Shown: positions 34,321 to 42,805 of the stretch, one piece after another
Position numbering within the stretch: position 1 is the first letter of the stretch
Layout of the letters: each line of letters begins with the position of its first letter
NCBI GenBank assembly: GCA_029257385.1
Contig: JARIBS010000001.1
Location: 8,748-72,747, forward strand
Reading direction: 5' to 3'
From: Thiorhodococcus sp.
Lineage (GTDB): Bacteria; Pseudomonadota; Gammaproteobacteria; Chromatiales; Chromatiaceae
DNA: 64,000 nt
Notes under the pieces: generated by a model
Databases searched by the model: none
What the model saw: only the letters and a program-made list of their open reading frames with translations
Told to the model about the DNA's origin: nothing
Position numbers and translations under genes: made by a program

Positions 34321-34785
34321 TTAGAGCGCGCGCGCCATCTCAAGCAGCATGGCGGCCTGTCCCTTGGGCTTGACCCCGTAGAGTGCCTGGCGGATCACGC
34401 CGGCTTTATCGACAAGAAAGGTCGAGCGCATGATTCCCATGCGCTTCTCGCCGTGAGCCTCTTTCTCGCGCCAGACGCCGTAGGCCTCGCAGACCTCGCC
34501 GTCGGCGTCGGAGAGAAGCTGGATCGAGAGTCCGAACTTGTCTCGGAAGGCTCCATGGCTACTGCAACTGTCACGGCTGATACCAATGACCTCGGTCTCG
34601 GCCGCATCAAACTCGCTTTGCAGATCGGTAAATTCTAACGCCTCAATGGTGCAGCCGGGTGTGTCGTCTTTGGGATAGAAATAAATCACGCAACTGCAGC
34701 GACCGATGCGCTCGGCAAGGGTGACCCGCTCCATGTCGGCGTTGGGCAAAGAGAAGTCGGGGGCTTGATCTCCAGGTTGCAACAT
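34321..34785 (-). CDS. bcp: thiol peroxidase / peroxiredoxin Bcp
   Basis: 154 aa. YFYPKDDTPGCT peroxidatic Cys motif. Only 15 nt upstream of the kinase gene. Confidence 0.9.
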   Translation of the reverse strand: MLQPGDQAPDFSLPNADMERVTLAERIGRCSCVIYFYPKDDTPGCTIEALEFTDLQSEFDAAETEVIGISRDSCSSHGAFRDKFGLSIQLLSDADGEVCEAYGVWREKEAHGEKRMGIMRSTFLVDKAGVIRQALYGVKPKGQAAMLLEMARAL

Positions 34786-34836
34786 CGCAGGGTGCTCCGA
34801 TGGTCGATGATGATGCGCCGAATTTAGGGGTGCCCG

Positions 34837-35041
34837 ACCTCAGCGTCAACTCTTGAGGCTCTGAGCATGGCTCGAGTGCTGTCTCGGCAATACGCGACCC
34901 GCGATCGAGCACATACACTATAGGTTGCGGCTGTTTGCAATCGACATGGTGCTGCATCTTAAGTGCATTTTCGAGCAGGTTGTCAACGACACGGAGCAGC
35001 GCCAGCGCACCGACCCAGTGGCCGCAGACAAACCCGCGACG
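34837..35041 (-). pseudogene. relic of an EnvZ-like histidine kinase ATP-binding domain (N-box and degenerate G1 box only)
   Basis: The frame of ORF 34643-35269 reads ALLRVVDNLLENALK ... IVYVLDRGSRIAETALEP immediately downstream of ompR. An ATG overlapping the ompR stop (ATGA at 35046-35043) opens only a 42-codon ORF in a different frame. Confidence 0.35.
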
Positions 35042-35042
35042 C

Positions 35043-35762
35043 TCATGGTTTGCCGGCGGGCGTGAACATATAGCCCCGACCCCAGATGGTACGAATGAAG
35101 CGCGGCTGCTTAGTCTGTAGCTCGATCTTGGCGCGCAGGCGCGCGATCTGGACATCGATGCTGCGATCGAAGGGCGAGCGTTCGTAGCCTTTGAGCTGAT
35201 CGAGCAGACGATCGCGATCGAGCACTCGATCCGGCTGCTCGGCGAGCACGCGCAGCAAATCGAATTCACCGCTGGTCAGCGCGACCAGATGTGTGCCACG
35301 GCGCAGCTCATGCTGAACCAGATCCAGTTGGTAGGGACCGAAGCGCACGAGCGCATCGGCTGGATTATCCCGCCCGCGGGCGGGTGAATGGCGGCGCATG
35401 ACGGCGCGTATGCGCGCGAGCAGTTCGCGTGGATTAAACGGCTTGGGCAGGTAGTCGTCCGCGCCCACTTCGAGACCGATAATCCGGTCGATCTCATCGC
35501 CCCGTCCCGACAGCATGATGATGGGCACATCCGTTCTGGTGCGCAGGCGCCGTGTCAGTGTCAGGCCGTCGTCGCCCGGCAACATGAGATCGAGGATGAT
35601 GAGGTCCGCTTCATGCCTCTGCATCCATGCGTCCATCGCCCTGCCGTCCTCGACCCCCGCGACCTGAAACCCTTCTCGAACAAGATAGTCGCTGAGCAGC
35701 ACGCGCAGCGCTGCATCGTCGTCCACGACCAGAATTCTTACCGATTGTTCAGACATGGACAT
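35043..35762 (-). CDS. ompR: OmpR-family response regulator
   Basis: 239 aa. RILVVDDD, DLIILDLMLPGDDG, YLPKPFNPRELLARIRAVMRR, and a winged-helix C-terminus IRTIWGRGYMF. Confidence 0.9.
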   Translation of the reverse strand: MSMSEQSVRILVVDDDAALRVLLSDYLVREGFQVAGVEDGRAMDAWMQRHEADLIILDLMLPGDDGLTLTRRLRTRTDVPIIMLSGRGDEIDRIIGLEVGADDYLPKPFNPRELLARIRAVMRRHSPARGRDNPADALVRFGPYQLDLVQHELRRGTHLVALTSGEFDLLRVLAEQPDRVLDRDRLLDQLKGYERSPFDRSIDVQIARLRAKIELQTKQPRFIRTIWGRGYMFTPAGKP

Positions 35763-35966
35763 CCAGTCATAGCACTTGCACCAAGCGTAAGAAACAATTT
35801 GTTACAATATTAGAAAATAATTAAATGCTTTATTATTGCCGTTTGGGCACTATATCTTATCGTGCCACACAGGAAGGTCGCGACGTTTGTCGCTTCTTCG
35901 CCATGCGGGTTCAGGTGCCTGGCGGTCGAGGGAATCGTGGCTCATCACCCGATCTAGGAGATAGCA

Positions 35967-36122
35967 GTGACTTTTGATGCGCTCAGCATTCTGGGAATTT
36001 TCTCTAGCCTCATCTGCGGCGGTTTTCTGATCGCACTTGTCAAGCGCAACGGGCGGGGGACCGCGTCCGCGAAGATCTCCGCGGATCGTCAAGACGCAAG
36101 CCCCGTCGATTCACGGGCCTAA
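35967..36122 (+). CDS. unannotated small membrane protein (51 aa), below the ORF-track length cut-off
   Basis: AGGAG at 35956-35960 lies 6 nt before GTG 35967. Product MTFDALSILGIFSSLICGGFLIALVKRNGRGTASAKISADRQDASPVDSRA has one TM then basic residues. The TAA is embedded in the 5' arm of a perfect terminator hairpin. Confidence 0.4.
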   Translation: MTFDALSILGIFSSLICGGFLIALVKRNGRGTASAKISADRQDASPVDSRA

Positions 36123-36157
36123 GATAAAGCGCTGAACGATTCAGCGCTTTATCTTTT
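36121..36157 (+). terminator. rho-independent terminator: 16-bp perfect stem, 3-nt loop
   Basis: AAGATAAAGCGCTGAA-cga-TTCAGCGCTTTATCTT followed by TT. The U-rich 3' side is on the plus strand only. Confidence 0.6.
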
Positions 36158-36375
36158 GGGTAGGAGGTTCACGCCTGCTGTTCGGCGAGAGCGGCCAGTC
36201 GCATCAGCGTTTTCCTGGCCCATCCGAGTAGCAAGCCCATTGGGTCGCCGCAACAGCCATTCAGGCTGTCGCTGTGGCCGCTTTTTCCTTATGGCCTCAG
36301 CGTCTTGGGTTTGACAGCTCGGGGCGGGCTTTCTAGGATCGAGCGATTCTATCAGCGTTTTCATCCTGCCACGTT

Positions 36376-36948
36376 ATGCCCAAACTCTCTCCCTTGCATT
36401 GGATCGCTTTAGCGGTCGTATTGGCGTTCTATGGATTTACCGTTTTCGCCCTGACCAGGGACTATTATCTGCGCCATCCACCGCAGCCGCCTGCTGCATC
36501 TGATTCCGCGCGCTCAGACGCGTCACCTCGGCAACAGATCGTGCCTGGTGCCGACACCAGCGCCATTCCCGAGTCCATCGTCGAATCCAACCCCCAGCTC
36601 CTGCATCAGCAAGGCGATGCACTCTTCGTACAGCGTCGCTTCGATGAGGCGGCACGGATCTACGCGCGCATCCTCGAGCTCAACCCAGGCGACTCCGAGG
36701 GTCACAACAATCTGGGACTAGCCCTGCACTACATGGGCGACACCAGTGGCGCGATCGCACAACTGAGACAGGCAGTGGCCAAGACGCCCGATCTCCAGCG
36801 TCCCTGGTTGACGCTTGGTTTTCTGAGCCTGCAGGCAGGCAACCAGACCGAGGCGCGTGCCGCCTTGGAACGCTCGCGCGATCTGGCGCCGGACTCCGAT
36901 ATCGGTAAGGAAGCCTCGCGCCTTCTGGATCTACTGGCGCAGGAGTGA
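36376..36948 (+). CDS. membrane-anchored TPR-repeat protein
   Basis: 190 aa. N-terminal TM WIALAVVLAFYGFTVFAL, then TPR-like repeats (AARIYARILELNPGDSEGHNNLGLAL...). Confidence 0.75.
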   Translation: MPKLSPLHWIALAVVLAFYGFTVFALTRDYYLRHPPQPPAASDSARSDASPRQQIVPGADTSAIPESIVESNPQLLHQQGDALFVQRRFDEAARIYARILELNPGDSEGHNNLGLALHYMGDTSGAIAQLRQAVAKTPDLQRPWLTLGFLSLQAGNQTEARAALERSRDLAPDSDIGKEASRLLDLLAQE

Positions 36949-36964
36949 CGCGGTCCCCGCGCGT

Positions 36965-37552
36965 CTAACGCAGTGCGAGCGCCACCGTATAGTGCGCGCC
37001 CTGCTTGAGCTTGTCGTAGTTGCCGAAGACCTCGCTCAGGTTGCGTTTGATGTACTGGCGCAGCCCACTGATGGTGACCAGATAGAGCCGCCCATCGGGC
37101 TTCAGATGCTGGTGGGCATCATGCAGCAGGAGTGCCAACAGTTCCTTGCCGACCTTGGCCGGGACGTTGCTTGCGATGACGTCGAACATTCGTCCTTGCT
37201 CGATCTGGTCGAAGCCGTTGCTGAGCTGGGCCTCGGCATTGGCCAGTTGGTTCAGCCGCGCATTGCGGTTGGCATAGTCGACCGCCACGAAGTCTTTATC
37301 CACCATGAGCGTGCGCCCCCGAGGCGCCATGGCCGCCAGGGACAGTCCGATTGGTCCGTAGCCGCAGCCGAGGTCCAGACAGTCGTCGTCTGGGGCGATC
37401 GCCACATAGTCGAGCAGCAGACGCGTGCCCTCATCAATCTCGCGCGGTGAGAACAATCCCCAAGTGCTGTGCAGGATCAGCGTGCGACCGGCCAACTCGG
37501 CGGTGAACTGGATATCACGACGCAGGCTGGCGACTTGTTCGGGTGTGAGCAT
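36965..37552 (-). CDS. class I SAM-dependent methyltransferase (RsmC/RsmD-like small methyltransferase domain)
   Basis: ATG 37552. CLDLGCGYGPIGLSLA SAM motif and DVIASNVPAK. The ORF track extends to 37648. Confidence 0.75.
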   Translation of the reverse strand: MLTPEQVASLRRDIQFTAELAGRTLILHSTWGLFSPREIDEGTRLLLDYVAIAPDDDCLDLGCGYGPIGLSLAAMAPRGRTLMVDKDFVAVDYANRNARLNQLANAEAQLSNGFDQIEQGRMFDVIASNVPAKVGKELLALLLHDAHQHLKPDGRLYLVTISGLRQYIKRNLSEVFGNYDKLKQGAHYTVALALR

Positions 37553-37756
37553 GATTGGACTCGGTGTGATCGCTGAGGAGGAGGTCGAGCATACCCTGGC
37601 GCGCATCCGGGACATGGTTGAGGGTTTACTAACGCGATTGGCGGCCATTGTAGCGCTCGGCCAATCGGCTCGATATCTAAAGTAGATCTTTTGGCTTGTT
37701 TTGTACTATCGTCACTCTTGCACGAACATAATCAATAACACGCTAGGGGACAGACC

Positions 37757-38215
37757 ATGACGAAAACGCTCTTCACCGCTGCTGCTGCGGCACTGCTCGG
37801 CGCTTCCATGACGGTTGCGCTGGCCGATGACATGGCCACCCCGGATGAGGCCAAGGCCATGTCTGAACAGGCTCGCGCAGGCGTCAACGAGATGGGTCGC
37901 GAGAAAGCCTTCGTGGCGTTCGCGGCCGATGACGGCGAGTACAAAATGAAGGATCTCTATGTCTTTTGCATGGACCAGGAGGGCGTCATGCTGTCGCACG
38001 CCATGAAGCCCGAATTGGTCGGCAAGAACCTGTTGGACTTCAACGAGTACGGCGATAAACTGTTCGCGAACATGGTGACGGTTTCCAAAGACTCGGGAGA
38101 AGGCTGGGTCGACTACAAATGGCCCTATCCAGGCAGCGATGAAATTCGCGAGAAGACCAGCTATGTGCTCAACAACGACGAAGGGTTCTTCTGCGGGGTC
38201 GGCGCCTATAAGTAG
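37757..38215 (+). CDS. secreted stand-alone single-Cache (sCache_2-like) ligand-binding protein
   Basis: Signal peptide MTKTLFTAAAAALLGASMTVALA. DLYVFCMDQEGVMLSH...GKNLLDF...GEGWVDYKWPYPG...KTSYV matches the sCache_2 pattern. Confidence 0.7.
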   Translation: MTKTLFTAAAAALLGASMTVALADDMATPDEAKAMSEQARAGVNEMGREKAFVAFAADDGEYKMKDLYVFCMDQEGVMLSHAMKPELVGKNLLDFNEYGDKLFANMVTVSKDSGEGWVDYKWPYPGSDEIREKTSYVLNNDEGFFCGVGAYK

Positions 38216-38271
38216 CATCCACACAGTGGGTGCGGAAATTCCGCCACGCGCGGTGCGTCGATAGTTTGCGA

Positions 38272-38300
38272 TTGCCAGACACGCTGTCTGGCAATTTTTT
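38272..38300 (+). terminator. rho-independent terminator: 10-bp perfect stem, 3-nt loop, T6 tail
   Basis: TTGCCAGACA-cgc-TGTCTGGCAA-TTTTTT, 57 nt after the Cache gene stop and 9 nt from the convergent XRE gene stop. Confidence 0.75.
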
Positions 38301-38308
38301 GGGCGCTG

Positions 38309-38674
38309 CTAGAGCGGCTCGGCGGGGGACTCCAGATCACTCGCCGGGCCGTAATGCGTTTCTAACTTGGCCAGTTTCATGATGGTTTCCCGACCGCGAT
38401 CATCGCTCTGGCGGCAGTACTCCACCAACTGTCGTTCTTGCGCCGTGAGCGGATCTGTGTCATCGAGACAGAGCATGTAGGTCGGCGTGACCGTGCCTAA
38501 GGCGATCGATAATTCTTGCGCCTCTTCAAGTCCCATTCTACGGATTCCTTGCTCGTAGTTACTGATACGGGACTTAGACAGTGAGTTTGTTCGGCTCGAG
38601 AGGTCGGAGAGGCTGAGCTTCTGCGCTTGCCTGGCCGCGCGTAAGCGCTGACCGATTTGTTTCGTAAGATCCAT
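38309..38674 (-). CDS. XRE-family helix-turn-helix regulator
   Basis: 121 aa. IGQRLRAARQAQKLSLSDLSSRTNSLSKSRISNYEQGIR is an HTH_3 pattern. Confidence 0.75.
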   Translation of the reverse strand: MDLTKQIGQRLRAARQAQKLSLSDLSSRTNSLSKSRISNYEQGIRRMGLEEAQELSIALGTVTPTYMLCLDDTDPLTAQERQLVEYCRQSDDRGRETIMKLAKLETHYGPASDLESPAEPL

Positions 38675-38872
38675 AGCGATGTCGTTGAGGTTAAAAAACC
38701 TATGCGTGAGTGAGATACAAGTGTTGCTGTGTCGACGATGCTCAAGCGCGCCCGATCAGGCACAGTGCACGTCCTTGATGCGAAAGCTTGAGTGTGTGTT
38801 GCCTTCCGGCGCGAAGGCTTGCGGCGCTCGCGGCGTTTGGCGTGAGACATGCGTCGGGGGGTCGGGGTCGCG

Positions 38873-39850
38873 TCAGCCCAAAAACGCATCTTCCCATTCG
38901 GCGTCACCGACCGTCTGCGGCTGAGGTTCGACCACCCGATCAGCAAAGGCACTTTCCAGCGTTTTGATGAAACACTTGGTCTGGGGCGACAAGAATTTCC
39001 CACGGCGCTGAACGATGCCGTAACTGCGCTTGGGAAAGTACCGCCCGATCGGTATGATGCCTAGATTCTCTTCCCCGGTAAGACACACGTCGGTCACGAT
39101 TGAAATGCCGAGTCCAAGCTCGACGTATTTCTTGATGACTTCCCAACCACCGGCTTCCATGGTCACGTGGTAGCCTATGTTGTGCTGTTTAAAGACCAGA
39201 TCGACCAGCCTCCAGGTGCTCAGATGACGCGGCGGCAGAATCAGTCCGTAGGGCGCAATATCCTCCAGTGTGACCGATGTCCTATCAGCCAGCGGATGAT
39301 CCTTCGGAGTGATCAGAGCCGGTTGATAGGTCACCACGGGCCGGTAGGTGACGTCGTCGGGAACCTCCAGCATAGAACCCACGGCGAGATCGACCTCATC
39401 GGCGCGCAGCATGGCTAAGCCGTCACGGCCGGTTACGTTATGCAGCTTCAGTTCGATCCCCGGATACTGCTCGGCGAAAGCGCTGATCGGTCCGGGCAGA
39501 ATATAGAGAATGGTCGACTCTCCAGCTGCGACATTCAAAGCACCCTGATCCACTCGACCAGACTGTGTGGCGAAAGTTTCGTGGAGCTTATCCATGCCAT
39601 CCACAAGGGGTTCGGCCATCTGAAACAGCAGATCACCCTCGGGCGTCAGCTTGATCTTCGGTCCACGGCGCTCGAACAGGACGGTTGAAAACTCACGCTC
39701 TAGGGCCTGAATCTGCAATGAAACGGTGGGCTGACTGAGAAAGATCTTTTCGGCCGCAGCGCTGACACTACCAGTTCTGGCAGCATGGCAGAAAGCGCGT
39801 AACTGCTTGAGTCTATTCTGCTTGTAGTGAATCTGGGAGCCTGAACCCAC
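38873..39850 (-). CDS. LysR-family transcriptional regulator (CysB-like architecture)
   Basis: 325 aa, GTG start. LKQLRAFCHAARTGSVSAAAEKIFLSQPTVSLQIQALE is the HTH, with a LysR substrate domain and the C-terminal RRGKFLSP pattern of CysB-type members. Confidence 0.85.
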   Translation of the reverse strand: MGSGSQIHYKQNRLKQLRAFCHAARTGSVSAAAEKIFLSQPTVSLQIQALEREFSTVLFERRGPKIKLTPEGDLLFQMAEPLVDGMDKLHETFATQSGRVDQGALNVAAGESTILYILPGPISAFAEQYPGIELKLHNVTGRDGLAMLRADEVDLAVGSMLEVPDDVTYRPVVTYQPALITPKDHPLADRTSVTLEDIAPYGLILPPRHLSTWRLVDLVFKQHNIGYHVTMEAGGWEVIKKYVELGLGISIVTDVCLTGEENLGIIPIGRYFPKRSYGIVQRRGKFLSPQTKCFIKTLESAFADRVVEPQPQTVGDAEWEDAFLG

Positions 39851-39866
39851 GTTCGTTTCCGTCCCT

Positions 39867-39879
39867 TATGCGATGCATA
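39867..39879. promoter_or_regulatory. T-N11-A LysR-type box (TATGC-gat-GCATA) just upstream of the LysR gene
   Basis: Perfect 5-bp arms, 17 nt upstream of the GTG start. Plausible autoregulatory site. Confidence 0.3.
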
Positions 39880-39973
39880 GAAGCAATGTTATATGATGAT
39901 GTTCATTTATAAAATCAATCTCTACCCTCTTGACGATACGCGTATCAGCAGATCGTTATCTTTGCCAAGCGTT

Positions 39974-41125
39974 TCACGCATCCATCTGAAATAGGATGTT
40001 GCGCGCCACGCGGCGCTGGTCCGCGTCGCCCTCCGCGAGCACATCGTAGAGCAATTGCCGCGCCGCGAAATCATTGTCTAGATTGCGTAACTGATTGGCG
40101 CGCAAGATTTTGTCCTCGACTGGATCTAGCGCCGTGGAGGCGAACGGAGCATCCGTAGGCGATCCCATCTTGGCGGTACCTGCGTCTTCGGCGTCCAGCA
40201 GATCAAGCTCGGTTTCCATCTCTTCATCGGTCATTGGCTGCCAGCGGTCTGGCTCATCGCTTGCGGGTGCGAGTTCGCGCCCGGCTTCGTGCGGTGTATC
40301 CGGCCCGCTGGGAGGTGGACGATCGCCGCCCCGGTCCGTGCTTGCAGGCGGTGGTGGCGTCGAGTCCTCGGCTACTTTGCTCCGGCGCCGGCGCAGGATC
40401 AGCCTGGAGAACATGATCCCGAGCTCAAACAGCATCCACATGGGAATCGCCAGCAAGGTCTGGGAGATGATATCCGGCGGTGTGAGGAACATGCCGACGA
40501 CGAAGACACCGACGATGACATAAGGGCGTTTGCGCGCGAGATCCTCGGGTGTGACAACACCGATGGAGACCAGCAGAATGGTCGCGATGGGGATCTCGAA
40601 GGCGATCCCGAATGCGAAGAAGAGGGTGAGGACGAAATCCAGATACGCTGAGATATCCGTCATCATCTCTACGCCTTCTGGCGTGGTGCCGCTCAGAAAA
40701 GCGAATACCAGCGGAAAGACGACGAAATACGCAAACGCCATGCCCAGATAAAACAGCAGAATGCTGGAGATCAGTAGCGGAACGGCCAGATGCTTCTCGT
40801 GCTGATAGAGACCGGGCGCCACGAACCCCCAGAGCTGGTAGAGAATGTAGGGCATCGCCAGGAAGATCGCCGCAACCAACGCCAGCTTGAAAGGCGTGAG
40901 GAACGGCGATGCCACCTGGGTGGCGATCATGGTGTTGCCTTCGGACAACTGAGCCAGGAGTGGTGCTGCGACGAAGGCGTAGATGTCGTTAGCGAACGGA
41001 AATAGCATCAACACGACCACGCCGATCGCGATCAGTATGCGGATCAGTCGATCGCGCAATTCGATCAGATGCGAGATGAAGGGCTGTTCGGCGCCAGGGT
41101 CACCAGGCTGCAACGCAGAGGACAT
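39974..41125 (-). CDS. tatC: twin-arginine translocase subunit TatC with a ~138-aa C-terminal extension
   Basis: The core (aa 1-245) is typical TatC: [14 protein letters not shown] and six TM segments. The tail is Pro/acidic-rich and ends [27 protein letters not shown]. Confidence 0.9.
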   Translation of the reverse strand: MSSALQPGDPGAEQPFISHLIELRDRLIRILIAIGVVVLMLFPFANDIYAFVAAPLLAQLSEGNTMIATQVASPFLTPFKLALVAAIFLAMPYILYQLWGFVAPGLYQHEKHLAVPLLISSILLFYLGMAFAYFVVFPLVFAFLSGTTPEGVEMMTDISAYLDFVLTLFFAFGIAFEIPIATILLVSIGVVTPEDLARKRPYVIVGVFVVGMFLTPPDIISQTLLAIPMWMLFELGIMFSRLILRRRRSKVAEDSTPPPPASTDRGGDRPPPSGPDTPHEAGRELAPASDEPDRWQPMTDEEMETELDLLDAEDAGTAKMGSPTDAPFASTALDPVEDKILRANQLRNLDNDFAARQLLYDVLAEGDADQRRVARNILFQMDA

Positions 41126-41337
41126 GGTCGGTGCTCTTATGGATCGCGTATATAAAGTATTCGGCTGGGTCGCTCACTCAGGATGCGTGGTAGGTCACTG
41201 CAGAAAAACCGAGTGTGCTAAGTTCGACAGTTTTTTCAGATGGTTACCTGGCGACTTGACCTCCGACGCGATCGATTTGTTCGGAAGTGACCGCCGCCAA
41301 GACGCCCACGCGGCGAGGCAAATTCTGCCAGGGTAGA

Positions 41338-41655
41338 TCATTCGGCGCGTCTGGCCTTCTCTTCCAATCCCGAGAGACCAAAACGCCGTTCCAGTTCGGC
41401 GAGCACCTGAGCAGGTTGCAGATCCTGTTGGGCCAAAAGAACCAGTGTGTGGAACCAAAGATCGGCGACTTCATAAAGGATCTTTTCTGGATCTCCATCC
41501 TTTGCGGCCATGATCGTCTCGGTCGCCTCCTCGCCGATTTTCTTGAGAATGGCGTCCAGCCCCTTCGCGTAGAGCTTGGCGACGTAGGAGCTGTCTGGAT
41601 CGGCCGACTTGCGCGCATGGAGGACTTCCGAGAGACGTTCGAGAGTATCGTTCAT
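41338..41655 (-). CDS. hisE: phosphoribosyl-ATP pyrophosphatase
   Basis: 105 aa. [33 protein letters not shown]...[13 protein letters not shown]. Confidence 0.9.
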   Translation of the reverse strand: MNDTLERLSEVLHARKSADPDSSYVAKLYAKGLDAILKKIGEEATETIMAAKDGDPEKILYEVADLWFHTLVLLAQQDLQPAQVLAELERRFGLSGLEEKARRAE

Positions 41656-41670
41656 CGTGTCGTCCGACGA

Positions 41671-42069
41671 TCAGCTTTTCTGGTAAATGGCATCGGGGTT
41701 TTTCAGCACCGGAACGATGTCGGCCCAGCGGCCATCGCCATCGAGTTCGCGAAAGAAGCAGGTGTGACGACCAGTGTGGCAGGCGATCCCGCCTTGCTGC
41801 TCGACTTCGATCAGGACCACGTCGGCATCGCAGTCGATACGCATCGCATGCACGATCTGCTGATGACCGGACTCCTCGCCCTTGTGCCAGAGTCGCCCGC
41901 GCGAGCGCGACCAATAGACCGCGTGACCGGTGTCGCGCGTGAGTCGCAGCGATTCGCGATTCATCCAGGCCATCATGAGGATGATGCCGGTTTCGCTCTC
42001 CTGAGCGATGGCGGGCACCAGCCCGTCCTTATCCCATTTGATCGCGTCGAGCCAAGCGTCAGTCATCAT
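41671..42069 (-). CDS. hisI: phosphoribosyl-AMP cyclohydrolase
   Basis: Only the C-terminal 132 codons of ORF 41671-42774 are HisI: [24 protein letters not shown]...[17 protein letters not shown]...DCDADVVL...GIACHTG. The start overlaps the hisA stop. Confidence 0.9.
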   Translation of the reverse strand: MMTDAWLDAIKWDKDGLVPAIAQESETGIILMMAWMNRESLRLTRDTGHAVYWSRSRGRLWHKGEESGHQQIVHAMRIDCDADVVLIEVEQQGGIACHTGRHTCFFRELDGDGRWADIVPVLKNPDAIYQKS

Positions 42070-42805
42070 CAGCGCGCAAACGATCGGCGAGCTGCTGGCC
42101 AGCCGTGAAGTCCAGCGTCCCTTCGTAGATCGCGCGTCCGGTGATGGCACCGACGATGCCGCAGTCGGCCGCCTCGGCCAGAAGGCGAATGTCGGCGATG
42201 GTGGTGATGCCACCGGAAGCGATGACGGGTGTATTAACTGCGCGCACCAAGGCGCTGGTCGCTTCGACGTTGGGACCGTTGAGCATACCGTCGCGGCCGA
42301 TATCGGTATAGATGATCGCCGCCACACCGTCGCCCTCGAACCGTTTGGCCAACTCATCGACCCGATGAGGCGTGATCTCAGCCCAGCCGTTGATGGCGAT
42401 CTGCCCATCCTTGGCGTCGAGCCCGACCATGATCTGCCCTGGAAACGCCCGGCAGGCGCGCCCGACAAGTTCGGGCTCTTTGACCGCCTGGGTGCCGATG
42501 ATGCAGAACGAGACGCCGGCCTGCAAATAGGCATCAATGGTCGCCTCGTCGCGAATCCCGCCGCCGACCTGGATCGGCAGATCCGGGTAGGCTGCGGCGA
42601 TGCCTCGAATCGCCTCGCCATTGACCGGCTCGCCAGCGAAAGCACCGTTGAGATCGACCAGATGCAAACGACGCGCGCCGGCGCGTACCCAGCGTCCGGC
42701 CATCTCGACCGGATCGTCGGAGAAGACCGTCTCATCGTCCATGCGGCCCTGGCGCAGGCGCACACAGCGGCCATCCTTTAAATCGATTGCGGGGATCAAC
42801 AACAC
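42059..42805 (-). CDS. hisA: ProFAR isomerase HisA
   Basis: 248 aa, GTG start. [18 protein letters not shown]...HLVDLNGA...VGGGIR...[13 protein letters not shown]...ASGGI. Clearly HisA rather than HisF. Confidence 0.9.
   Translation of the reverse strand: MLLIPAIDLKDGRCVRLRQGRMDDETVFSDDPVEMAGRWVRAGARRLHLVDLNGAFAGEPVNGEAIRGIAAAYPDLPIQVGGGIRDEATIDAYLQAGVSFCIIGTQAVKEPELVGRACRAFPGQIMVGLDAKDGQIAINGWAEITPHRVDELAKRFEGDGVAAIIYTDIGRDGMLNGPNVEATSALVRAVNTPVIASGGITTIADIRLLAEAADCGIVGAITGRAIYEGTLDFTAGQQLADRLRADDD

Noticed and set aside
36149-36364. 71-aa minus-strand ORF between the terminator and the TPR gene
   Set aside because: Highly basic, low-complexity product with no SD. It would run into the strong plus-strand terminator hairpin.
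41126-41337. Possible tatA/tatB in the hisE-tatC spacer
   Set aside because: I reverse-complemented and translated the spacer. There is no ORF with the TatA-type N-terminal TM helix plus amphipathic helix, and the space (212 nt) is too short for both genes.
41671-42774. 367-aa ORF spanning hisI and most of hisA in another frame
   Set aside because: Only its last ~132 codons are HisI. The rest is an off-frame read-through of the hisA region, rich in Ala, Arg, Ser and Pro.
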